Source: a virus (Duplodnaviria; Caudoviricetes). From it: 64,000 bases of DNA. Under the pieces are notes generated by a model. It saw nothing but the letters and a program-made list of their open reading frames with translations, made no database searches and was not told where the DNA came from. The stretch covers positions 6,131-70,130 of the IMG/VR virus record IMGVR_UViG_2597489885_000001. One strand, given 5' to 3'. The position numbers and the translations under genes were made by a program. Positions within the stretch are counted from its first letter, which is position 1. Every line of letters starts with the position of its first letter. Positions 56,302 through 64,000 of this stretch are shown here, in pieces.

Positions 56302-56888
56302 GAACCGCCGCGCAGTACCAGAGCCAACTGCGCAGTCTGCTGCCCAGCGGCCCGGCCTGGGACCCGGAGCGGGTGCCGGAACTCGAGGAGGTGCTCGAAG
56401 GCGTCTCCCAGGAACTGGCCCGCCTCGACGCCCGCGCCGCCGACCTGCTCAACGAAATGGACCCGGCGGGCGCCAGCGAGCTGGTACCGGACTGGGAACA
56501 GGTGATGAACCTGCCCGATCCCTGCCTGGGTGCGACCCCGCTGTTCGACGACCGCCGCCTGGCCGTGCGCCGGCGGCTGCTGGCCGTCGGCAGCCAGGCG
56601 CTCGCCTACTACATCGAGATCGCCCGTAGCCAGGGGTATCCGAACGCCACCATCACCGAGCACGAAGCCCCGCGCATGGGCCGCGCACGGTTTGGTGACG
56701 AGCATTTCGGCACTTGGCAGGCGCAATTCATGTGGACGCTCAACACCGGTGGACGACTGCTCCTGGGCCGGCGCTTTGGCGCGAGTTACTGGGGCGAGCG
56801 TTTCGGCATGAACCCGGGCTCCGCCCTGGAATGCCAGATCCACCGCAGTGCACCGGCCCATACGCGGGTGCACATCAATTATGACTAG
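56289..56888 (+). CDS. YmfQ/DUF2313 (Mu gp48-like) baseplate protein
   Basis: L..LLP.GPAW...WE....LPD.C...LEC......PAHT. Confidence 0.9.
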   Translation: MAGVRTAAQYQSQLRSLLPSGPAWDPERVPELEEVLEGVSQELARLDARAADLLNEMDPAGASELVPDWEQVMNLPDPCLGATPLFDDRRLAVRRRLLAVGSQALAYYIEIARSQGYPNATITEHEAPRMGRARFGDEHFGTWQAQFMWTLNTGGRLLLGRRFGASYWGERFGMNPGSALECQIHRSAPAHTRVHINYD

Positions 56889-56899
56889 GGGATAGACCG

Positions 56900-57757
56900 A
56901 TGGATTATCCGAAGAGTGTGCCCAGTGCCGGGTTGGTCAACGGCAGGTTCGTCGATGAGAACCCGCTGACCGGCACCCCGGGATCGCTGATTCCGGCGGA
57001 CTGGGGCAATGGGGTGACCCAGGAACTGCTGGCCGTGATCACGGCGGCTGACCTGACACCCAGCGAGGCGAACCTGACGCAGCTGCTGAGCGCGATCCGC
57101 AGCATCAGCCGCAAGAGCGCGGGGCTGGGCATTCAGCGCTTTACCGCCAATGGCAGCTTCACCGTGCCGGAGGGCGTGACGAAGATCTGGCTCAGTGGGT
57201 GTGCGGGTGGGGGTGGTGGCGGTTCGTGTCCAGCTGGAACGACCGGATCCGCATCCGGCGGCAGCGGCGGTGGTGCTGGCCAGCCGGCCATCAAGGTACC
57301 CGTCACCGTCACTCCTGGCCAAGTGATCCCCATCACGATTGGAGCGGCGGGTGTGGGGGGCGTCAGCGGAGTCAGTAACCCGACAAGCGGAGGAAACACG
57401 CTCGTGGGTGTGGGGGGTGCTTTGTTGGTGCTGAGTGGCGGAGGCGCCGGTAACTCGGGGGCAAATCTTCCTGTAGACCGTGTGGCCGGTCCCAGAGGGG
57501 GAGAGGGATTTCCCGCCGGTGGCGATGCTACTGACTCTCAGGCCCAGGTGACGGCAGGACTGTCGGGGGCTGGCGCAAGCGGGCCATTTGGTGGCGGTGG
57601 TAGCGCCTGTCGGTATGGAACATCGGGAGGGTATGCGGCACGGGATGCCTACGGCTTCGGGGCTGGCGGCAGCGGCGCGGGAGGCTGGTATATATCTGGT
57701 GCTTTGGCCGTCTCGGGGGGGCGTGGTGCTCCTGGTCTGATGATCATTGAGTGGTGA
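56900..57757 (+). CDS. Tail fibre A (short, Gly-rich)
   Basis: MDYPKSVP N-terminus; FTVP.GVT...GGGGGG glycine-rich domain. Confidence 0.8.
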   Translation: MDYPKSVPSAGLVNGRFVDENPLTGTPGSLIPADWGNGVTQELLAVITAADLTPSEANLTQLLSAIRSISRKSAGLGIQRFTANGSFTVPEGVTKIWLSGCAGGGGGGSCPAGTTGSASGGSGGGAGQPAIKVPVTVTPGQVIPITIGAAGVGGVSGVSNPTSGGNTLVGVGGALLVLSGGGAGNSGANLPVDRVAGPRGGEGFPAGGDATDSQAQVTAGLSGAGASGPFGGGGSACRYGTSGGYAARDAYGFGAGGSGAGGWYISGALAVSGGRGAPGLMIIEW

Positions 57758-57761
57758 ACAT

Positions 57762-58403
57762 ATGACTAAGCAAGTTCTTTACTGCCTTGCGTCCGGGGTG
57801 GTCATCGAGTGGCAAGACACTGAAGTACTGGCCTACGCGGCGACAGCCGAGGGCAATAGTGTCCTGCAGGTGACGGCCGAGCAATGGAAGCAGAAAGATG
57901 CGCTGCATTTCGTGCTGGATGGCGAACTGACTCGGGCCGATGGAACTCCACCCTCTGCAGCTCACTACTGGGACGGTAGTCAGTGGTCGTTGGACGCCTC
58001 GAAGGCCGCGGCAATCGCCGAACAGGAGGCGGAGCAACTTTGCCGGCGAGTGGACGCGGAGGCTGACGCCGCCCGGCAGATGCTCGGCGGCGACCCGCTG
58101 CGTGCCATGGAGTATGCCCAGGCCGCCAGCGACGCCCAGGCGTTCAAGGAGGCCGGCTACCCGAAAAAGGCAGTGCCCCTCGCGGTAAGCGCCTGGGTAG
58201 TGAAAGGCCGTACCGCCAAGGCAGCGGCCGACCAGATTCTCGACAAGGCGGCTGAGCTCAACAGCAAGCTGCTCGCACTTCGCACGCTGCGCTTGCAGGC
58301 AAAAGAGCGCATCCGGGCCCAGGCCGGCAAGGGCAAGCAGGAGGCTGCGAAAGACGCCTGCGAGGCAGCGATTGAGGCGATTCGCAAGGTTGCCGGCAAC
58401 TGA
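57762..58403 (+). CDS. Chaperone/accessory protein for fibre A
   Basis: Follows the fibre; YWDGSQW, helical C-terminus. Confidence 0.7.
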   Translation: MTKQVLYCLASGVVIEWQDTEVLAYAATAEGNSVLQVTAEQWKQKDALHFVLDGELTRADGTPPSAAHYWDGSQWSLDASKAAAIAEQEAEQLCRRVDAEADAARQMLGGDPLRAMEYAQAASDAQAFKEAGYPKKAVPLAVSAWVVKGRTAKAAADQILDKAAELNSKLLALRTLRLQAKERIRAQAGKGKQEAAKDACEAAIEAIRKVAGN

Positions 58404-58404
58404 A

Positions 58405-58775
58405 CTGGAACGCCGTGTTGCGTTTGCAGCCGTCCAGTCCAAGGCCGCCCAGGCGGCCAACGGTTTGGTGAGTTTCAGCGTTGCGGTGCCTGCTCGCCAG
58501 AGGCAATCAGAGCGCGGCGTACTTCGTCAAAATTGCCCGCAGCCTGGATTATCCGAGCGCTTCTGTTATCGGGCTCCATGCGCCTTGCATGGGGCGCTCG
58601 ATCATTTCGGCACCTGGAGGACGTAATTCACTTGACCCCTCAGCGCCGGCGGATGGCTGTCGCTGGGCCGGCGTTTCGGCCCCAGCACTTCGTGAAAGGC
58701 GCCGGCAGCGCTCTGCAATACCTGATTCAACACAGTGCTCCGGCCCATGGGCTGGTGAACATCAATCATGACTAG
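58405..58775 (+). pseudogene. Decayed duplicate fragments of gp47 and gp48
   Basis: 58405-58488 matches 55450-55536 (KAAQAA.G.VSFS); 58500-58775 matches the 3' half of gp48 with frameshifts. Confidence 0.85.
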
Positions 58776-58786
58776 AGAATAGAGCA

Positions 58787-60340
58787 ATGGATTATCCAAA
58801 GAGCGTGCCCGGGGTCGGGCTGCTGAATGGGAAGTTTGTCGATGAAAACCCGGTGGCAGGTACTCCGGGATCATTGATTCCCGCTACCTGGGGCAATGCG
58901 GTTACCCAGGAGATCCTGAACGTCATCAAATCGGCCGGCCTGGTCCCCGACGAGGCATCGACCACTCAGTTGCTGCAGGCGATCCAGAGTTTCGCTGCCC
59001 GGGATTTCAAGGACTCTGTGCGTGTCGCCACCACGGGCTCCGTTGCCTTGAGCGGTCTGCAAGCCATCGATGGCGTGCAGCTCACAGTCGCCGATCGTGT
59101 GTTGGTCAAGGACCAGGCGAATGCGGCGCAGAACGGGCTTTATATCGTTTCGGCCGATTCCTGGTCGCGAGCACCGGATGCGGCGCTGGATTATCAGGTG
59201 ACCTCTAACTTTATTGTCGGGACGGATGAAGGGCAGGTTAACAAGTCGCGTATCTGGCAAATGACCACTCCAGGGCCGATTACCGTCGGCGCCACGCCCC
59301 TGGTTTTCGAACTGATGGCCGGGCCCACCGGTGTGGCTGCCGGGGAGTATCGGAAAGTAGTGGTCAATGCACGCGGCCAGGTCACATCGGGATCGAACCC
59401 GACCACCCTGGACGGTTATGCGATTACTGACGCTTACAGCAAAACGGCGGCGAACAATGCCTTCGTCAAGCAGGGTGGGGTCGGTACCCAACTAACCAAC
59501 GCTGTTTATATCGGTTGGGATGGGCAGAACGTTCTTATCCAGGTCGATGCCACCAACTTTGGCAGCCTGTGGTGTTCGCGAAACTTCGACCCTGCCAAAA
59601 AGGCCGATGTTTCCGAGGTGTACAACAAAACAGCAGCCAATACTTTGCTGGATGCAAAAATCAGTTCCGATGCTTGTTCCATTGCCGGTTTTGCCAGCGG
59701 TAACTCGGCAACGCCTTATATGCGCAATAAAAATAATAACGAGTATGTGGGGCTGGCCAGGGCTGCGACTACTCTGGGTGGTTATGGCATTACCGACGCA
59801 TATACCGCGACTCAGGTTAATTCCTTTTTAGGTGAACGTGTTCTAAGGGATGGGATTACCTATGCCGGTTTTGCAAGTAATGACCCGAACACTCCCTACT
59901 TCAGAAGGGCTTCCGATAATGGTGTTTATGCTCTTCAACTTAAGCTCGGCTATACCCCTGTACGCCAGGGGGGAGGGAATGCTCAGGGCTCCAATCAGGT
60001 CATGCTGGGCTGGGCTACTGACGGCTCGGGTCTCAGGGCGCAAGTAGATGCTTTCGATTTGGGAACCATCTGGACTGATCACATCGGTAACGGGAGGGCA
60101 GTAGCTGCGCAGTCCACGGCCGGCACGGGCGCGGTAGGCTCCTATGCACTCCTGCTTGTTGGTGGCGGTGGCGGTACCGGACCTAGCTCACTTGTAGCGG
60201 GTGTGAATTGCAGATACGCAGCTGCGGATGGCAATGACTGGGGCGGCGCACCTGCTGGCACCTGGCGAATTATGGGTGGGGTCAGAAATACAGACGGCGC
60301 GAGCTCCGACTCTACAACTCTATGCTTGAGGGTTTCTTGA
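58787..60340 (+). CDS. Tail fibre B
   Basis: MDYPKSVP N-terminus; VRVATT..., TTL.GYGITDAY repeats. Confidence 0.9.
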   Translation: MDYPKSVPGVGLLNGKFVDENPVAGTPGSLIPATWGNAVTQEILNVIKSAGLVPDEASTTQLLQAIQSFAARDFKDSVRVATTGSVALSGLQAIDGVQLTVADRVLVKDQANAAQNGLYIVSADSWSRAPDAALDYQVTSNFIVGTDEGQVNKSRIWQMTTPGPITVGATPLVFELMAGPTGVAAGEYRKVVVNARGQVTSGSNPTTLDGYAITDAYSKTAANNAFVKQGGVGTQLTNAVYIGWDGQNVLIQVDATNFGSLWCSRNFDPAKKADVSEVYNKTAANTLLDAKISSDACSIAGFASGNSATPYMRNKNNNEYVGLARAATTLGGYGITDAYTATQVNSFLGERVLRDGITYAGFASNDPNTPYFRRASDNGVYALQLKLGYTPVRQGGGNAQGSNQVMLGWATDGSGLRAQVDAFDLGTIWTDHIGNGRAVAAQSTAGTGAVGSYALLLVGGGGGTGPSSLVAGVNCRYAAADGNDWGGAPAGTWRIMGGVRNTDGASSDSTTLCLRVS

Positions 60341-60341
60341 G

Positions 60342-60812
60342 ATGATGAAAGTACTAAGTGCTCACACACCTTGCTGGAATGACGTGGCACATACAACGCT
60401 TAACCTGTATGTGACATTTGAAGATACCAAGGACTCTCTTGGCGAAATCATATTTACTGCCTCTCCAAATGACCCGGAATCTCATGGTCGGGACTTATTT
60501 GATCGTGCAGTGGCTTTGGAATTTGGTGATATCGCCGAACCGGGGGTTGATGTGATTAAGAGCAATATGCTGCTACAACGCGCCGAGTTGACGGCTGTCG
60601 CCAACTCCGTGATCGAGAAGTTACAGGCCGACGTGAATATCCTGCAGGATTCCGTGGAACTTGAAATTGCCACGGATAAGGAAATCGCAGCCTTGGCTAC
60701 CAAGAAGGTCTCCCTGAGTGCCTGGAAAAAGTACCGGGTGCTGCTATCGCGAGTGCAGGAGCAAGAGGGGTTTCCAACGGTTGTCGAGTGGCCCGAGGCT
60801 CCTGGTGAGTGA
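60342..60812 (+). CDS. Tail fibre assembly chaperone B
   Basis: FTASPND...GR.LF...AWKKYRVLLSRV..Q.GFP..VEWP. Confidence 0.85.
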   Translation: MMKVLSAHTPCWNDVAHTTLNLYVTFEDTKDSLGEIIFTASPNDPESHGRDLFDRAVALEFGDIAEPGVDVIKSNMLLQRAELTAVANSVIEKLQADVNILQDSVELEIATDKEIAALATKKVSLSAWKKYRVLLSRVQEQEGFPTVVEWPEAPGE

Positions 60813-60870
60813 GGCTAGTTTGCAGATATTTGCGATGGAGGACTTTCATCCATGCTGATTACTGAACCCG

Positions 60871-61023
60871 CTTTGCGAACGCCATATTGATGAACAGCTG
60901 ATTAATCGAAATACAACGTTTTCCGAGGCTCAGTCTCACGAGTTTCTGAATTGTATTCAGTCTTTACGTGACTGGCCCACTCCCAGTTTTTCCAACTCCA
61001 GAAAGTCACCCAGCGCCACCTGA
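60871..61023 (+). pseudogene. Decayed fragment of a fibre-assembly chaperone
   Basis: LCERHIDEQLINRNTTFSEAQSHEFLNCIQSLRDWP aligns with RHRDELEEGIATTLSTDQYTELQVYRRALRNWP (39480-39911). Confidence 0.65.
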
Positions 61024-61204
61024 GTGGTTGTCGGGATATTAGTATTTTTATAGAAACTATTTTTGGACTTTCTACCCAAGTGTACTACTTGAATCGTTTT
61101 TATTCGACGGTATTGCTGGGTTGAAGCATGTTTCATGCGTGTCATCTCTAGTGGAGGGGGAGTTGTGGGTAAGATCAATCATGTTCGAGGTAGAAGGTTA
61201 AGTA

Positions 61205-62287
61205 ATGGATTATCCGATTAGTGTTCCAAGTGTTGGCTTGGTAGATGGTCGATTTATTGATGAAAATGCAGTTTCTGGTGTTCCAGGATCATTGATCCCT
61301 GCGGCATGGGGCAATGGTGTAACTCAAGAAATACTCTCGGTAGTAAAAAGCGCAGGTATAGCACCGGATGAGAACGATAACGCTCAGTTGCTGAAGGCAT
61401 TGAAAGTTATTGTTGGTAAAGCAAGCCCGATGCTTTCAGTCGTGAAGAATATTGCAGTTTCCAGATTGCTGGAGTCTGACGAACTGGGTTTGCTACTCAT
61501 CAATGGTGCAGCAGATACAGTGTCGATAACGCTTCCTCCCAGCAACGCAAGTTTAGGTGTGCGTGACGTTATTGTGCGTCGCGTGGACAACAGCGGTAAC
61601 CGCTTGGTAGTGCAATGTTCGGGGACCGACAACATCAAGTTCCACACTCATTTGCGTTCTGCCGGTTATCCCTTCCTGGTGCTTATGGGGGCTGGTGACT
61701 GGTGGCATTTACGCAGCGATGGGAGCGGTAGTTGGTGGCCGGTCGGACGATTTGATGGCACCGCTCTGGGGCGACCTGTATTTGAAACTACGGTGGTTCT
61801 GGCCCCTGGTGGATATGGTGCCTTGAATGGATCAACCCTGAAACGTACGGAATGGCCCTGGTTGTGGGATCACGCCCAGCAGTCTGGAATGTTACGTCCT
61901 GAAAGTGACCGAGCTGGGGCTTGGTCTCCCGGGGATGGGGTTACTACTTTCCGGACACCCGAGGCGCGTGGTGAGTTTCTGCGGGTCTGGTCCGAGGACA
62001 ATACAGTCGACTCCGGTCGTACTCCAGGTTCATGGCAGGCGGGGTCCCTAGTGCATGGGGATAATGGCATAGGAGACAACATCATATTTGCTACCGACAT
62101 GCTTAATCAGAGAAAGCAACTGGGCTTCGATATTGGCAATTTGGCTGCATATCCGGGATGTACTGTTAAGTACATCTGGCCGGATGCCTCTACTGTGACA
62201 AGACTACCTGATTCTGAATTGATGAATCATAGCGGCGTTGCTCGTCCCAGAAACATTGCCTATCCGGGGCGAATCAAGCTTATTTAA
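61205..62287 (+). CDS. Tail fibre C (tail-collar domain)
   Basis: MDYPISVP N-terminus; FRTPEARGEFLR...DSGR..GSWQ. Confidence 0.85.
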   Translation: MDYPISVPSVGLVDGRFIDENAVSGVPGSLIPAAWGNGVTQEILSVVKSAGIAPDENDNAQLLKALKVIVGKASPMLSVVKNIAVSRLLESDELGLLLINGAADTVSITLPPSNASLGVRDVIVRRVDNSGNRLVVQCSGTDNIKFHTHLRSAGYPFLVLMGAGDWWHLRSDGSGSWWPVGRFDGTALGRPVFETTVVLAPGGYGALNGSTLKRTEWPWLWDHAQQSGMLRPESDRAGAWSPGDGVTTFRTPEARGEFLRVWSEDNTVDSGRTPGSWQAGSLVHGDNGIGDNIIFATDMLNQRKQLGFDIGNLAAYPGCTVKYIWPDASTVTRLPDSELMNHSGVARPRNIAYPGRIKLI

Positions 62288-62294
62288 GGTTTTT

Positions 62295-62897
62295 ATGGCT
62301 AATTATCTAATCAATCAAGTACAAGCCTTAGTGGGGCCGGTGACGTTTCCAGCTGTTCCCGGTCTCGGTGTGCAGTTACCGAGTAACGCGGTGGAGCTGC
62401 CTCATGAACTTCCGGAACCTGAAAGTGGTTACGTATGGGCGTGGATAGATAATGCCCCAATACAGTTACCTGATCGGCGCGGCACGATCTACCACATACA
62501 AACGGGCACATTGACGCAGTGGACAGAACTCGGGGAGTTACCTGTTGGTTTTACCGACAAGCCTTGGCCGGGTAAGCACTTTATATGGGTAGAGGGTGAC
62601 TGGAAGCTGGATGAAGAGGCGAAATCTGCTGCTGAGAGTAAAAGCACCCAGGCGGAGCGCGATAGTCGTTTACGTGAAGCGTCGTTACGCATAGCCCCAC
62701 TTCAATACGCCCTTGAGCTGGGAGAGGCCTCGTCCGAGGAGCAATCCACCTTGCTGGAGTGGAAGCGCTACTGCGTTGCCTTGAACCGTATCGAGCAGCA
62801 GCCGGGCTATCCCTTTGAAGTTGAGTGGCCAGTGCTCAACCTTGAGGCCCCCCGCGGCCCGCTGAAAACACTGCGCTCCTTCTTCCGTAGTAAATGA
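62295..62897 (+). CDS. Tail fibre assembly chaperone C
   Basis: PDRRGTIY...PWPG...W...LRIAPLQYA...WKRY..AL.RI..QPGYP..VEWP. Confidence 0.85.
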   Translation: MANYLINQVQALVGPVTFPAVPGLGVQLPSNAVELPHELPEPESGYVWAWIDNAPIQLPDRRGTIYHIQTGTLTQWTELGELPVGFTDKPWPGKHFIWVEGDWKLDEEAKSAAESKSTQAERDSRLREASLRIAPLQYALELGEASSEEQSTLLEWKRYCVALNRIEQQPGYPFEVEWPVLNLEAPRGPLKTLRSFFRSK

Positions 62898-62918
62898 ACC
62901 CAAGTCAGGGAGAGACTA

Positions 62919-63482
62919 ATGTCTGTGACCGAGGGACAACTCCTCAAGATCATGCCCAACGCCCGCTCCCAAGCGGGCGTTTTTGTTTCTGCGCTTAACA
63001 CCGCCATGGCGCACCGCTATATCAACACCCCCAAACGCATGGCCGCCTTCCTCGCGCAGGTCGGTCATGAGTCGGGGCAGTTGCGTTATGTGCGGGAGCT
63101 GGGCAATGACCAGTACCTGAGCAAATACGACACCGGCAGCCTGGCGGCCCGTCTGGGCAATACCCCGGAGGCCGATGGCGACGGCCAGAAATACCGGGGC
63201 CGTGGTCTGATCCAGGTCACCGGTCGCGACAACTACCGGCAATGCAGCCTCGGACTGTTCGGCGACGAGCGTTTGCTGGCGTTGCCGCAATTGCTGGAAC
63301 AACCGCAGTGGGCCGCCGAGTCGGCCGCCTGGTTCTGGCAGCAGAACGGCCTTAATGAACTGGCCGACCGTGACCAGTTCAACAGCATCACCCGTCGTAT
63401 CAACGGCGGCTTGAACGGGCTGGAGGACCGCCTGCAACTCTGGGCGCGGGCGCGGGAGGTGTTATGCCAGCCTTCGGCCTGA
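62919..63482 (+). CDS. GH19 endolysin (tailocin lysin)
   Basis: AAFLAQVGHESG, YRGRGLIQVTGRDNY, TRRINGG.NG. Confidence 0.95.
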   Translation: MSVTEGQLLKIMPNARSQAGVFVSALNTAMAHRYINTPKRMAAFLAQVGHESGQLRYVRELGNDQYLSKYDTGSLAARLGNTPEADGDGQKYRGRGLIQVTGRDNYRQCSLGLFGDERLLALPQLLEQPQWAAESAAWFWQQNGLNELADRDQFNSITRRINGGLNGLEDRLQLWARAREVLCQPSA

Positions 63483-64000
63483 TGCCGCTGTCTTACCGGG
63501 CAATGGCTGTCGTCGTGCTGCTGGCCGTGGTGGCCGGCGTTGCGGGGACGCTGGCCTGGCAGGCCCAGGAGTGGCGTTTTGGCCGGCAGCTGGCGGAGCA
63601 GGCCAGGCTGCACGATGAAGCGCTGAATCAACTGAACCTGGCGGCCGCTGCCCGGCAGCGGGACGAACAGGACAAACACCTGGCCCTGGAGCAACAGCTG
63701 CAAGCCAGCGATCAAACCCACTATCGAGCCTTGAGCGATGCACAACGTGATCAAGGTCGCCTGCGCGACCGTCTTGCCACTGCTGATCTGCGCCTGTCAG
63801 TCCTCCTCGACGCCCACGACAGCGCCGCCGACTGCTCAGTGCCTGCCACCGCCGCCACCGGCGGCCTGGTTCATGGAGCCCCGCGAGCCCGACTTGACCC
63901 GGCGCATGCTCAACGAATTGTCGGCATCACCGATGCCGGCGACCGGGGACTGATCGCCCTGCAGGCCTGTCAGGCCTACGTCAGGGCGTTGAACCGCTAA
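63464..64000 (+). CDS. i-spanin (Rz-like)
   Basis: N-terminal TM, coiled coil, RLSV...ARLDPA.AQRI...GD.GL.AL.ACQ.YV. Confidence 0.85.
   Translation: MPAFGLMPLSYRAMAVVVLLAVVAGVAGTLAWQAQEWRFGRQLAEQARLHDEALNQLNLAAAARQRDEQDKHLALEQQLQASDQTHYRALSDAQRDQGRLRDRLATADLRLSVLLDAHDSAADCSVPATAATGGLVHGAPRARLDPAHAQRIVGITDAGDRGLIALQACQAYVRALNR
63738..63953 (+). CDS. Embedded o-spanin (Rz1-like lipoprotein)
   Basis: Alternate frame inside Rz; lipobox LICAC, Pro-rich. Confidence 0.7.
   Translation: MHNVIKVACATVLPLLICACQSSSTPTTAPPTAQCLPPPPPAAWFMEPREPDLTRRMLNELSASPMPATGD

Larger units (their letters stand above)
46806..62897 (+). other. R-type tailocin 2 (Mu-like contractile tail, headless) with three fibre cassettes
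   Basis: Mu gp37-gp48-like order; no head, transposase or integrase. Confidence 0.9.

Noticed and set aside
56900-62897. Shufflon/invertase or diversity-generating retroelement behind the fibre diversity
   Set aside because: No recombinase or reverse transcriptase in the window, no inverted cassettes, and no TR/VR adenine-specific repeat pair noticed

Overview
Pseudomonas (fluorescens-complex, judged from GTAGGAGCGAGCTTGCTCGCGA REPs, codon usage and a MutS N-terminus) chromosomal window made almost entirely of phage-derived DNA, with nearly all genes on the + strand. (1) 1 to ~30,940: right part of an apparently intact lambdoid siphoprophage: antirepressor end, O-like initiator with iterons, DnaC/DnaB, Q, two holin-like genes, HNHs, HK97-type head, lambda-type tail (M, L, K, I, J), SleB-type endolysin and spanins. 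Its right end lies inside the 5' end of mutS: the native start MNKALTDLSSHTPMMQQY is read on the minus strand (30988-30935) and then cut off by phage DNA. (2) 31,185 to 64,000: the mutS-cinA-type tailocin locus: PrtR-like repressor, structured leader, Com-like zinc finger, secreted DUF642-like cargo, holin, amidase, a P2-like R-tailocin, a Mu-like R-tailocin with three fibre/chaperone cassettes plus fossil cassette remnants, GH19 endolysin and spanins. Best leads: the mutS-interrupting prophage (possible mutator switch); a tRNA-like RNA with a 27-nt hairpin-containing anticodon loop; an orphan protein built from tail-tip J motifs in reversed order; the com-DUF642-holin-amidase cassette; and the multi-hairpin boxA-containing leader ahead of the tailocin operon. 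All family assignments come from motif recognition by eye; no database search or folding program was run.
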